Shown here in pieces: positions 46,614-56,245 of a DNA stretch of 64,000 nt. The DNA is from Polyangiaceae bacterium (GTDB lineage Bacteria > Myxococcota_A > Polyangia > Polyangiales > Polyangiaceae). The stretch spans positions 352,001-416,000 of the forward strand of contig JBILLK010000005.1 of assembly GCA_044376115.1 (NCBI GenBank). Reading direction: 5' to 3'. The notes beneath the pieces were generated by a model that was not told the DNA's origin, made no database searches, and worked only from the letters and a program-made list of their open reading frames with translations. Numbering within the stretch: position 1 is the first letter of the stretch; every line of letters starts with the position of its first letter. Both the position numbers and the translations under genes were made by a program.

Positions 46614-48125
46614 ATGCGACCTTGGCTTCGCGCCTCGCGGTCCTTGTTCGGTACCGCGTTGCTGTTTGCGTTTTTCGGCGTGGCCACCGTGATTGCCACT
46701 GCGCAAGACAAGGGCGCAGCTGGCTTGTCCGACGCCTTCAAGTTGCGTTGGGCACAGACCTTTAGCGGCCCTTGGTCGGCGATCGTTCTGACTGGCGCTT
46801 TGGCCTTTGCCGTTGGCGTGGCCTTGCACTGGCTCGACAGCGTCACCTCCCGTCGTTCCTTCATCAGTAAATCTGCGCGTGAGCCCAACATCTCCAGCGA
46901 CCTGAAAGGGGCGCTCTTGGAGTTGGCCCAAGCTGTCGAGGCCGCCGCGGCGGGCTCTGAGCCGGACGTGATCCTCGCTTGTGATGAGCTCATTCGCGGC
47001 GCGGCAGGGCTTGGAGCCAGCGACATTCATCTTTCGCCCACCCCCCAAGGGTCCAAGTTGACCCTGCGTTTGCAAGGTGAGCTGCGGGACATCGCGACGC
47101 TGGCGGGAGACATTCACGCACCCTTCGTAACGCGCATCAAAGTGCTGTCCCGCTTGGATACCTACATTCGCAACGTGCCCCAAGATGGCCGGCTCGTACT
47201 CGATCTTGGTGGCGGGACTGTGGAGGCGCGCGTTTCTACTCTGCCTACCGAGCTTGGTGAGCGCGTGGTCATGCGTTTGGTTCGTGGCGGCCGCGCAGTT
47301 CCGGAGATTGAGTCGCTGGGCTTCCCGGCCGACGTTGAAGCGAGGTTCGCCGAAGTGCTCGGGCGCCCGCAGGGCATCCTCTTCGTTACGGGTCCCGTGG
47401 GTAGCGGCAAGACGACGACGCTTTACGCTGCGCTCGCCTGCATCGCTCGTTCACGGGGGAGAACCACGGCGATGGTAACGCTCGAGGATCCGATCGAGTT
47501 GGAGCTGCCGTTTGCCACCCAAACCCAGATTCACCCCAAGAGCGGGATGACCTTCGCGGGGACCTTGCGCAGCGTATTGCGCCAAGATCCCAACGTGCTG
47601 ATGGTGGGTGAGATCCGCGACAAGGAGACCGCTGAGATCGCGACGCAAGCAGGTCTCACCGGCCATTTGATTCTGACCACCGTCCACGGTCAAAGCGCAG
47701 CCGGCGTGTTTGCGCGTTTGGTCGAGATGGGCATCGAGCCCTTCGTCCTCGCCAGCTCGACGCTCGGTTGCGTGTCGCAACGCCTTGCGCGTGCGCTCTG
47801 CGCCTCGTGTCGACAAGTCCGGCCAGTCGAGCCGATCGTCGTCGAGCGCTTCGCCGCGCAGGGCCTCACGATTCCCGACGGCACTTACTATGAACCCAAG
47901 GGTTGTGAGGCCTGTGACGGGCGCGGCTTCGTGGGCCGCGTGGCCCTAGTCGAGCTCTTGGTGATGGATGAAGAGCTGAGGGCGGCAGTGAATGCGCGCA
48001 TGCCCTCGCCGGAGCTCTCGGCGTTGGCTTCGCGAAACGGCATGAAGGGGCTGCTCGCCGATGGGATGGAACGCGCTCGCCGCGGGGAAACCAGCTTGCT
48101 TGAGGTTTTGCGGGTGGCCGGATGA
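46614..48125 (+). CDS. GspE/PulE/PilB-family ATPase with N-terminal hydrophobic segments
   Basis: ASDIH, PQDGR, Walker A GPVGSGKTTT, Asp box TLEDPIE, LRQDPNVLMVGEIRD, His box GHLILTTVH, CASC/CEAC zinc motif. Confidence 0.92.
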   Translation: MRPWLRASRSLFGTALLFAFFGVATVIATAQDKGAAGLSDAFKLRWAQTFSGPWSAIVLTGALAFAVGVALHWLDSVTSRRSFISKSAREPNISSDLKGALLELAQAVEAAAAGSEPDVILACDELIRGAAGLGASDIHLSPTPQGSKLTLRLQGELRDIATLAGDIHAPFVTRIKVLSRLDTYIRNVPQDGRLVLDLGGGTVEARVSTLPTELGERVVMRLVRGGRAVPEIESLGFPADVEARFAEVLGRPQGILFVTGPVGSGKTTTLYAALACIARSRGRTTAMVTLEDPIELELPFATQTQIHPKSGMTFAGTLRSVLRQDPNVLMVGEIRDKETAEIATQAGLTGHLILTTVHGQSAAGVFARLVEMGIEPFVLASSTLGCVSQRLARALCASCRQVRPVEPIVVERFAAQGLTIPDGTYYEPKGCEACDGRGFVGRVALVELLVMDEELRAAVNARMPSPELSALASRNGMKGLLADGMERARRGETSLLEVLRVAG

Positions 48126-48523
48126 ACGTGCTTGAACGCCTAGGAACGGGAACGCAGCTGGCCGGCAGTCTCCTGCTGGTCGTGGCGGCCTCGAGATTCT
48201 TGTACGTCGCTGTCACGGAGGGTTGGGCAGATGACCAAGCTCCTCCGAAGCCTGCGTCCTCCGCTCAGGTCAGCGCGGCTCCGCAAGCCAGCGGGCCGGC
48301 CAAACCAAGAGGTCAGGCGATCCGAACCAAGTTGCTCGTGAGCGTTGGAGCTGACCGCTCAACCGTGCGAGTCGACGGCGCAACCTTGGGCAAGACCCCT
48401 CTTTTTACCGAGACCTCCTGCCGTTTGGGTGAGCCTCTTTCAGTGCTGGTGATCGAGCCGAGTGGAAAGACCCTGACCTTCGCACCCATCTGCGTCGAAG
48501 GCACCGTGCGGGTCGATCCGTGA
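48122..48523 (+). CDS. Single-TM protein with PEGA-like C-terminal domain
   Basis: ATGA overlap with the ATPase; TM helix, Pro/Ala linker, STVRVDGATLGKTP motif. Confidence 0.7.
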   Translation: MNVLERLGTGTQLAGSLLLVVAASRFLYVAVTEGWADDQAPPKPASSAQVSAAPQASGPAKPRGQAIRTKLLVSVGADRSTVRVDGATLGKTPLFTETSCRLGEPLSVLVIEPSGKTLTFAPICVEGTVRVDP

Positions 48524-48536
48524 GTCTTGAGGCTGC

Positions 48537-49691
48537 TTATCGGAACTCGTCCGCCGGCACCCAAAAGCGGTTCTCCTCTGCGGGGTAGATGCGCGTTTCG
48601 AGCGGGTAGATCTCGACGAAACCGTCCACGACCTCCCCCTGGCGAACCAGCGTTCCTTCGGTAATCCATAGGCTCTCGTGGTCGGCCTTTTGTGGCGACA
48701 GCCCTAAACGAACGGGCATGGTGCGCGCGATCTCACGGGTCGATTGGTGGATTCGGTCGCGGCTGCCGCCGCAACCAGCGAAGCCCAACCCGCCGAAGCC
48801 AAGCGCTTCATCGCTGACCTCTTGGCGATCGACCCAAACGTCGAAGCGAGCCTGCGCTGTTTTGAAGCGTACGTTGAGCCAGCTGCGCGTCTCGGCTGCG
48901 ACCGTAAGCTCCAGAGCGATGGGCGCTTCGGACGGATCCACCTGGAGTACCGCGATCACCGAACCGGCGGCGGCGTTGCGCAGCGTGAGCGTCTTTTGCG
49001 ACGGGTAGACAAGGCGCGCCGCTGCGCTCGCCGCAGTGTCGTCCGCCGCAGGCTCCGGCTCGGCCAACTCAAACGCCAGATCGGAACAGGCTACCTTGGC
49101 AGGGATCGCGTCGACGCCTCGGAGGTCGGACAGCACCTTTACGCTGACACCGTCGGTGCGGCTGGATTTGATCTGCACTGGCGCATTCTTCGCTAGCCAA
49201 ACGTGGTCCTCGAGGACCATCACCTCGTTTGCGAGCCGAAAAGGATGCTGCGTGATTGGCGTGTAGCCAGTGACCGTCACGCCCCCGCTCCGCGCGTGAA
49301 CCCAGGCTTTTTGGGGCCTAACCGTCAATCCCCAAACCAGCTCAATCTTCTCGGTGGAAAAGCTGACGAGTGGGGAACCGTCTTTCGAGCTAACGGTGGC
49401 GATTGGATCTTCGCAAGGTTTGGGAAACGGGTTGCCACCGCCGCGCACGACGCAGCTCACCTCTGCTGGCGGTGCAGGCCAAGCTGGCGCCACCCCCTCC
49501 GCTTTCGGTTTTCGGCTGGATTCAACGTCTACCGCCGCTGCCGAGCGCGTCACCCACGGGGTCGTTCGCGAGGCGGTCTCAACGCTGTTCGCAGATCCTG
49601 CTGCGCGCTCGCCCGGCGCGATCGACACCAGAGGCGACGCCCCCGAGCCTGTACATCCGACCAACGCGAGCCCGCAAAGAATGAAACGCAC
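48537..49691 (-). CDS. Hypothetical lipoprotein
   Basis: Lipobox LALVGC; beta-rich sequence with possible SH3-like segments. Confidence 0.7.
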   Translation of the reverse strand: MRFILCGLALVGCTGSGASPLVSIAPGERAAGSANSVETASRTTPWVTRSAAAVDVESSRKPKAEGVAPAWPAPPAEVSCVVRGGGNPFPKPCEDPIATVSSKDGSPLVSFSTEKIELVWGLTVRPQKAWVHARSGGVTVTGYTPITQHPFRLANEVMVLEDHVWLAKNAPVQIKSSRTDGVSVKVLSDLRGVDAIPAKVACSDLAFELAEPEPAADDTAASAAARLVYPSQKTLTLRNAAAGSVIAVLQVDPSEAPIALELTVAAETRSWLNVRFKTAQARFDVWVDRQEVSDEALGFGGLGFAGCGGSRDRIHQSTREIARTMPVRLGLSPQKADHESLWITEGTLVRQGEVVDGFVEIYPLETRIYPAEENRFWVPADEFR

Positions 49692-49742
49692 GCTCGATGG
49701 ACGCCCGCTCGGAGGATTAGTTCCCGCCGCTCGAGGCTCGCG

Positions 49743-51581
49743 TCACGGCAGCTGGCAAACGTAGAAAGCGGGCACGTCGCAGGGGATGTCGTTCCACAGC
49801 CCGCCCGCCCAACTCGCCAAATGGCCGCAGTCCTCTTCCCCGGTATTGTTCGGTTCGCCGGGGCTCCAGGTCTCGAAGTCGAGGGGCGTGCTGTCGGTCC
49901 ATTCGAAGGAGCCCTCGGTCACCAGATCGTGAAGCCCGATCCACCATTCGCCGCCGAGCAGCGAGTAAGCGCCCATCACGATCTCGTCTTGGGTCGCCTG
50001 ATCATGGACCGACGCCAGGTGACCGCCTTGCATGACGCAGTCGGCCTCGGCCTCGGCAAAGTTCCGTTGCTTGAAGCAGAAGGCGTACGTTCCACCGGCC
50101 GTCGCTGGTACGTTCACGCAGCCGGGACAGAGCGGGTCCTCATCAAGCTGACCATCGCAGTTGTCGTCGGTCAGGTTGCAGAGCTCGGCGGCGCCAGGAA
50201 AGATGTCAGGGTTCGCGTCGTTGCAGTCTTGCCCGCAACCGGAGGCGCCATCCCCATCACCGTCCAGGACGTTTGGATCGGTGCAGACAAACTGGCCTGC
50301 AACATCTGCCGGGCGGTTCTGCAGGAAGGCCTTGGTCGCGTCGATGGAGCCATACACCCAGCCCTCGTCGTACTCCTTGCGCGGGTCCTCGAGCATGGCC
50401 TCATCAATCAGCGCACGCAGCTCGTCACAGCGGTTCACCAGATCGAGCTCGGTGACGCGGGCGCTAACCTGTTCGAAGGCCGTCTTCAGCTGTTGTCGGC
50501 ACGGGAGCGAGGCTCCGCACATCTCCTGCACGCGACCATCTCCACCCCAGATCGGCAAGCCATCGGCGAAGGTCTGGTCGGTGCCCCAGGGCATGAAGGT
50601 CCAGCGACCGTCCGCGCCCCGGTAGACGAAGTAGTTGTTGCGGGTCCAGGCGTACCCATCCCAGTGACCGATGAAGATCTCGGTCGCCGAAAAATTCAGG
50701 TATGCCTCCATGTCGATCACAGTGCTCGCGTCCTCAAAGAAGGTGGCTGGGTCAGTCATCGCGTCGAGGGCTAGCTTGAGCTCCTGCAAATCGGCAAAGC
50801 CAACGTCTTCACCGTTGTCTTGATCGAAGGTGGGGATGAAGCCGTCCTCGAGGTCGCTGCCGTATTGTCCTTCGTAGAGGTTGCCTTCGTCTTCGCCGAA
50901 CCACGTCTTCAAGTACTCCGAGTTATCGAGCACCTCGATGGTTGAATACAGGCCATACAGCTCGCCGTTGACGAACACGCGGGCGTACGAGGTGCGCGGA
51001 GCGGGGACGCCTGCTGCGCGAAACAGCGACGAGGCCAGCTGCTCATGGATCATGCTGCTGTCCTGCACCATGTTGTTGAGCGCGAGCTTCTCCAGCCCAA
51101 GTGGCTCCTGCTTCTTGTCGAACTCATCGAACTTGAGCAAGAAGGCTGCCTTTTGATCGAGCGTGCGGAACGAACCGTACTTGCCTTTGAGCCGCAGCCC
51201 GATCCCGGGCAAGTTCAGCACCTCGCCGTTCGTCAGGGCGATCTCCGCATCGGCGTGGACGTACTCCGAGGGAGCCGCCCAGATCGAATCGATCGCCAGT
51301 TCATCAAGCGTCAACTCGATCCGCGCGATGCCATCGGACGCAAATAGCGCGTCCGCGGTTTCAGCACCGCCAACGCCTCCCGCCCCACCGCTGCCGCCCA
51401 TTCCCCCCGTATTGGCGCCAGCGCCGGAGCCCGTACCGCCCGTGCCGCCACTACCACCCGTACTGCTACCGCCCGCGGGTTGCTGCGTCTCATCGCCATC
51501 ACATGCGCAGACCGCCCAGGCTAGGGCCAACAGCGCGCCTCGTGCCAACCGACCAGCGTGCGCCCGCGAGAAAAAGAGCAT
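49743..51581 (-). CDS. Lipoprotein: CotH-family kinase + acidic Cys/Asp metal-binding motif + C-type lectin domain
   Basis: AVCAC lipobox. CotH: GLRLKG..S, KLALNN...D.S..HE, PAPRT, YGLY...E, HWDGY...NNY, PWGTD. Then DCNDANPDIFPGAAELCNLTDDNCDG and CTLD WIGL...EPNN...EDC...WND..C...VC. Confidence 0.88.
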   Translation of the reverse strand: MLFFSRAHAGRLARGALLALAWAVCACDGDETQQPAGGSSTGGSGGTGGTGSGAGANTGGMGGSGGAGGVGGAETADALFASDGIARIELTLDELAIDSIWAAPSEYVHADAEIALTNGEVLNLPGIGLRLKGKYGSFRTLDQKAAFLLKFDEFDKKQEPLGLEKLALNNMVQDSSMIHEQLASSLFRAAGVPAPRTSYARVFVNGELYGLYSTIEVLDNSEYLKTWFGEDEGNLYEGQYGSDLEDGFIPTFDQDNGEDVGFADLQELKLALDAMTDPATFFEDASTVIDMEAYLNFSATEIFIGHWDGYAWTRNNYFVYRGADGRWTFMPWGTDQTFADGLPIWGGDGRVQEMCGASLPCRQQLKTAFEQVSARVTELDLVNRCDELRALIDEAMLEDPRKEYDEGWVYGSIDATKAFLQNRPADVAGQFVCTDPNVLDGDGDGASGCGQDCNDANPDIFPGAAELCNLTDDNCDGQLDEDPLCPGCVNVPATAGGTYAFCFKQRNFAEAEADCVMQGGHLASVHDQATQDEIVMGAYSLLGGEWWIGLHDLVTEGSFEWTDSTPLDFETWSPGEPNNTGEEDCGHLASWAGGLWNDIPCDVPAFYVCQLP

Positions 51582-51648
51582 CTGGTCAGGTTAACGCTGT
51601 GACCAACCCGCACTCAAGGTCGACGCGAGCAATTCGCTAATTCGCCAA

Positions 51649-52047
51649 CTATCCTTCCGCGAGCTGCAGCTCCTCGCTTGCTCGCACGAACACAACCTCC
51701 ACGCCGAGCTCCAGCTCCTCCGGATCGAGCGGGACGGCGAAGGCTGCGTCGGTGGCGCAGTAGTTCGTCGTCTCGTGGCTGCATATGAGATTAGCTTCAC
51801 GCATGAGCGAATACACGAGGTCCGCTTCAGCGGAATCGAAGCCGGTCAGCGTAAGTAGAAAACCTTCTTCCAGCGGATCGCCTTGGACCGAGGCGGAGGG
51901 CATGGCGGCGAGTAAACTCTTGGCTCGCATTGCCTCGCTCGCGTGCATGGTTCGCGGTCTCAGGATCACCGCCTCGCCAGTAAACGGGTGCTGCCCTGTG
52001 CGCGGCGGGCCGCTGTGAATCGGGCGGAAGAAAAGTTCGACGCTCAT
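51649..52047 (-). CDS. Hypothetical protein
   Basis: 4-bp overlap with the GNAT gene; HPFTGE motif. Confidence 0.6.
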   Translation of the reverse strand: MSVELFFRPIHSGPPRTGQHPFTGEAVILRPRTMHASEAMRAKSLLAAMPSASVQGDPLEEGFLLTLTGFDSAEADLVYSLMREANLICSHETTNYCATDAAFAVPLDPEELELGVEVVFVRASEELQLAEG

Positions 52048-52787
52048 ACGGCTGACACCGCTTCCCCTACGATATTAAAGTAACGAAGCGTCGGCCGTAG
52101 CTCGGGCACCCAGGGTAGAACCTGGAACTCGCTGGGCGTGAGCGCAAACATTGGATTGCGGCCCGTGTGAATGAAGCCTTGTTGCAAAAGACCCTCGCTC
52201 GGCTTTTGCGTGATGTTGTGCAATAGGCCTTCCTGCCGCATCCCGACCTTCTCCATGACCCGGCGGCTCGCCACGTTGGCCTCGTCACAAATGGCCTGTA
52301 CGCGATCGGCGCCCAACTTATCGAACGCGTAGATGACGATGAGCTTGGACGCATAGCTCGCTAGCCCTCGCCCTGCGAACGGGGTTGGCGTCCAATAGCC
52401 AATCTCCAACCCGCTCGGATTGAGCGGTACGCGTGGGTGGAGCCCGATCATGGTGACAAGCGTCTCTTGCTCGGCGTTGCGCTCGAACAGCGCCATGCTC
52501 AACTCCCGCCCTGAAAAGTAGTTGGCTTCACATTCGCGCAGCCGCTCGAGTTGCTGAAGCGTGCTCTGCGGTTGATGCGCCCATGGCATGAACCTGCAGA
52601 GTTCGGCGCGGCTCGCGTCGAAGGCGCGCAAGATCGCGTCAACGTCGCTCATCAAGGTCGGGCGCAGCACATAGGTCTTGCCGTCCTGCGCTTGGGCGTG
52701 GATGGCCCGCGCTGGCCGTTCACGAGTGACGCTTATTTGAGCTGGTGACAGCCGTAGGCCTTGGGATTCGCTGACGGGCGGAAACAT
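52044..52787 (-). CDS. GNAT acetyltransferase, RimJ/RimL family
   Basis: LEIGYW...GRGLA, N.AS.RV.EKVGM..EG. Start placed at ATG 52787 after GGAG. Confidence 0.87.
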   Translation of the reverse strand: MFPPVSESQGLRLSPAQISVTRERPARAIHAQAQDGKTYVLRPTLMSDVDAILRAFDASRAELCRFMPWAHQPQSTLQQLERLRECEANYFSGRELSMALFERNAEQETLVTMIGLHPRVPLNPSGLEIGYWTPTPFAGRGLASYASKLIVIYAFDKLGADRVQAICDEANVASRRVMEKVGMRQEGLLHNITQKPSEGLLQQGFIHTGRNPMFALTPSEFQVLPWVPELRPTLRYFNIVGEAVSAV

Positions 52788-52914
52788 AGGAGGCTCCAGC
52801 GCGGGTGAGCTCGCACGATCACCTGTGCGACGCACTTTCAGCAAGGGCCGCCGTCCCCCTATCGGGTTGATTGTGCCTTGACGCGGTGAGGCATCGGACT
52901 ACTTCCACATACCC

Positions 52915-53895
52915 ATGAAGTCGCTGCTCCCGTTGATTTCCACGTTTGTCTTGCTCTCAGCCTGTGCTCCCGAAAATGGCTTGGGAGAGTTGGAGCAGGC
53001 GGGGGAGGGCGAGGCTGCGCTTTCGGGTTCGCGCATCAACTTCTCGGCGGATTGGGCCGAGAAGGTGGAAGGCAAGCTGCGCGCTGGTGACCCGATCGAG
53101 CTGGTCTTCGACGAGGCTCGGCTAGCCAGCTGCCGAGGTGAGCAGAACGGTATCCCGCAATGGGCGATCACCGCTTTCTACCGCGTCAATGGTGGAGAGC
53201 TGCACGCTGTGCCGGTGGCCGGTCTCAACGCCGGGGAGACGGTGAGCATCGTGCCCACCGAGAAGGGCAAGTTGGAGCTCTGGTTCGAGGAGACCAATCG
53301 TTGGGGATGTCACGCCTACGACTCGAACCTCGGCGCTAATTACGTATTCAAGGTCGGTGCTGCAGTTGGCCAACCCGGTTGGGTTGGCAACGGCGCCCGG
53401 GTGATCGATCGCTGGACGTGCAGCGCGGGCCCTTGCGATCAAAGCCGCGTGAGCTTGGAGGAGGCGTTCACCTTCGGGACCTGGGCGCGGCAACGAGCGA
53501 CGATTGCAGGCCTCTACTTTGATGTCTGGGAGGAAGGCGTCACCGACTGGAAGAACCCAGATTTGTGGAAAGAGGTGGATGTGCAGTTCCACTACCGCTT
53601 TGCCGGCCAAGCGGCCTTCTCTTCACGCTACGTGGATTTCTTTCAAAACGTCGGTAATGACGCTCGTTACGAGCTGCGACTGCGCAACATTGATCCCTTC
53701 TTCGCGATGCCTTCGGTGGTCGCTGAGGAGAACTGCCCCGCAGCAGAGCTCTCGGTCACGCCGGACGGTCAGTACGTTTCGACCGAGGTTGAGTACTACT
53801 TCAGCGCTGACGGTGTGGAGCTACGCCCGGAGAGCGGTGGTACCTTCATCGGCCGGTTTGAAGACTACGTTGGGCCGTACGCGGCTTGCCTCTAA
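52915..53895 (+). CDS. DUF6209-like myxobacterial lipoprotein
   Basis: Lipobox LLSAC; F..DW...L.AG...FD..RL..CRG...G.PQW.IT and LELWF...C.AYDSN.GANY.F. Confidence 0.75.
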   Translation: MKSLLPLISTFVLLSACAPENGLGELEQAGEGEAALSGSRINFSADWAEKVEGKLRAGDPIELVFDEARLASCRGEQNGIPQWAITAFYRVNGGELHAVPVAGLNAGETVSIVPTEKGKLELWFEETNRWGCHAYDSNLGANYVFKVGAAVGQPGWVGNGARVIDRWTCSAGPCDQSRVSLEEAFTFGTWARQRATIAGLYFDVWEEGVTDWKNPDLWKEVDVQFHYRFAGQAAFSSRYVDFFQNVGNDARYELRLRNIDPFFAMPSVVAEENCPAAELSVTPDGQYVSTEVEYYFSADGVELRPESGGTFIGRFEDYVGPYAACL

Positions 53896-53972
53896 AAGAG
53901 CTTTGCGTCCGGCCGGCGGCTGAGCGCTGCTTGGCCGGCCCAGCCGGCCTTCCGATTGGGCCGGTCGTTCAC

Positions 53973-54845
53973 TCAGCCAGCTAACACGCCGCTTACGACG
54001 CGCTCGATCCCGCCGTAGTCGCGCTTTCGTTCGACCTCGGTGAAGCCGTTCTGGTGGAAGATCTCCGCCGTCTTTTCGGATTGGCCGGCGCCGATCTCCA
54101 TCGCCAGGAGGCCGCCCTTCGACAAAACGGCGGGCGCCTTTTCGATGATGCGGCGCGCGAACTCGAGGCCGTCTTCTCCTCCGAAGAGCGCAACGTGGGG
54201 CTCGAAGTCGAGGATGGTGGCGGCCAGTTCGGGCTTCTCGTCGAGCCGAATGTACGGCGGATTGGCTGTGATTACGTCGAACGGGCCAACGAGGCCTTCG
54301 AGCAAGTCGGCCTGTTGGAAGAAGACGCGCGGTACGGCGGCGAGGCGCACCGCGTTCTCACGCGCGACGACCAGCGCGTCCTCCGAGATGTCCGAGCCGA
54401 GCACGCTCCAAGTCGGCCGTTCGCGGGCCAGGGTGATCGCCACGCAACCGGAGCCGGTGCAAAGATCGAGCACGGAGGCTGCGAGGCTCAGGTGGTTGGC
54501 TCGGGTGAGCGCAACCTCGACCAAGGTCTCGGTGTCGGGGCGAGGGACTAAGACGCGTGCGTCTACATGGAAGGAGCGACCATAGAACTCGCGCGCGCCG
54601 AGGATGTAGGCCACCGGTTCATGCGAACGGCGACGCTGGTGGAGCGCCTTGTACGCGGCCAACTCCTCCTTGCTGAGCGGCCGATCCGATTGAACGATCA
54701 GGCCGACGCGATTGATCGACAGCACGATGCCCAAGAGCAGCTCGGCGTCGAGCCGTGGGGTGTCGTTGCCGCGCGAGCGAAAGTCCGCCGCCGCCCAATC
54801 GAGGACGCGTTTGACCGTCCACGGTTCTTGCGCTGCAGTCGTCAC
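53973..54845 (-). CDS. prmC: Release factor glutamine methyltransferase
   Basis: RLDAELLL, EPVAYILG, LVPRPDTE, LDLCTGSG, ANPPYI. Confidence 0.96.
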   Translation of the reverse strand: MTTAAQEPWTVKRVLDWAAADFRSRGNDTPRLDAELLLGIVLSINRVGLIVQSDRPLSKEELAAYKALHQRRRSHEPVAYILGAREFYGRSFHVDARVLVPRPDTETLVEVALTRANHLSLAASVLDLCTGSGCVAITLARERPTWSVLGSDISEDALVVARENAVRLAAVPRVFFQQADLLEGLVGPFDVITANPPYIRLDEKPELAATILDFEPHVALFGGEDGLEFARRIIEKAPAVLSKGGLLAMEIGAGQSEKTAEIFHQNGFTEVERKRDYGGIERVVSGVLAG

Positions 54846-56230
54846 AGAGCCTCTGCCGCTTGTGCGACGAAGCTTTCGACCTCCCGTCGAATTTCGTCTC
54901 GGCGAGCGACGGTCTTGGCTTCAAAGCGCAACACCAGCACCGGTTGCGTATTCGACGCGCGGCACAAGCCCCAGGCGCCGTCGCCAAAATCGATGCGAGC
55001 CCCGTCGAGATCGAGCACGCGATGGGTCTTGCGAAAGTGCTCTTGCACCTTGGTGACGATGCCGAACTTCTTGTCGTCCGCGCAATCCACTCGCAGCTCC
55101 GGCGTGGCAAAGGTCTCAGGTACATCGGCTAGCAGCTGCGAAAGCGGTTTGCCTGCGTCGGTCACGATCTCCAGCAACCGAACGCTCGCGTAGATCGCGT
55201 CGTCATAGCCGAAGTAGCGATCCCCAAAGAACATGTGGCCGCTCATCTCTCCGGCCAAAAGCGCCTTCTCAGCCTTCATTTTGGCTTTGATCAACGAGTG
55301 TCCGGTCTTCGAGTAGAGAGCGCGGCCGCCGTGCGCCGTCACGTCGGCGAACAGCGTCTCGGAGCACTTGACCTCACCCAAGACGGTGGCTCCAGGGTGC
55401 TCGGCGAGCAGCGCGCGCGAGTAGAGGATCATCAGCTTGTCCCCCCAAATGACCTCGCCCTTTTCGTCCATCGCACCGATGCGATCGCCATCCCCATCCC
55501 AAGCGATACCGAGCGCGGCGCCGGTTTCGAGGATGCGCGCTTTGAGCTGCTCGAGGTTGCTAAGCACCGTCGGATCCGGGTGGTGGTTGGGAAAATGACC
55601 GTCGATATCGCAGAACAGTGGATCGACGCTGACGCCGAGCGCCTCCAGTGTGCGGACCCCGAGCGGGCCTGCTGAGCCGTTGCCCGCGTCCACCACCACG
55701 CGCGGCGCTTTAGCCCCGTCCAAGCGAGAGGCCTGTTTGACCGCCGCGATGTAGTCGGCGGAGATATCCTTGCTCTCCAACGTCCCGCGTGTGCGCGCAG
55801 GAAGTTCGCTGGCCATGGTTTCACGCAGGACCTGGATCTCTTGGCCGTAGAACGAGCCCTTGCCGCGCATCAGCTTGAAGCCGTTGTCCTCCCCTGGGTT
55901 GTGGCTGCCAGTGATCTGCACCGCGCCGTCGGGATGGGTGTGGAAGGCGGCGAAATACAGCAGCGGCGTCGGTCCCACGCCGACGTCGAGCACGTTGGCA
56001 CCCTGCTCGACGAGCCCGCGCGTGAGCTGCTCGAACAGCCTTGGGCTCGATAGACGGCCGTCTCTTCCGACGGCGATCGTGAGCGGTTGGCTTTGTTCAG
56101 CCTCGGGCTTGCCCCGTCGAATCAGCTCCGCAAACGCGCGTCCGAGGGCGAAGGCGAACTCGTTCGACAGGTCTCGCTCGGCGACGCCGCGCACGTCGTA
56201 CTCACGAAAAACATTGGTCGGGAACGACAT
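54842..56230 (-). CDS. Phosphomannomutase/phosphoglucomutase (AlgC-like)
   Basis: FREYDVRG, TGSHNP phosphoserine loop, FPNHHPDP, DGDGDR, GEMSGH, RASNTQP. Confidence 0.95.
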   Translation of the reverse strand: MSFPTNVFREYDVRGVAERDLSNEFAFALGRAFAELIRRGKPEAEQSQPLTIAVGRDGRLSSPRLFEQLTRGLVEQGANVLDVGVGPTPLLYFAAFHTHPDGAVQITGSHNPGEDNGFKLMRGKGSFYGQEIQVLRETMASELPARTRGTLESKDISADYIAAVKQASRLDGAKAPRVVVDAGNGSAGPLGVRTLEALGVSVDPLFCDIDGHFPNHHPDPTVLSNLEQLKARILETGAALGIAWDGDGDRIGAMDEKGEVIWGDKLMILYSRALLAEHPGATVLGEVKCSETLFADVTAHGGRALYSKTGHSLIKAKMKAEKALLAGEMSGHMFFGDRYFGYDDAIYASVRLLEIVTDAGKPLSQLLADVPETFATPELRVDCADDKKFGIVTKVQEHFRKTHRVLDLDGARIDFGDGAWGLCRASNTQPVLVLRFEAKTVARRDEIRREVESFVAQAAEAL

Positions 56231-56245
56231 AGGCGGCGCAGGCTA

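Noticed and set aside
49203..50774. 523-aa plus-strand ORF (also 44822-46042, 10978-12075, 13571-14461, 58425-59453, 60203-61063)
   Set aside because: Antisense shadow ORFs of well-supported genes, expected in GC-rich DNA; no recognisable motifs.
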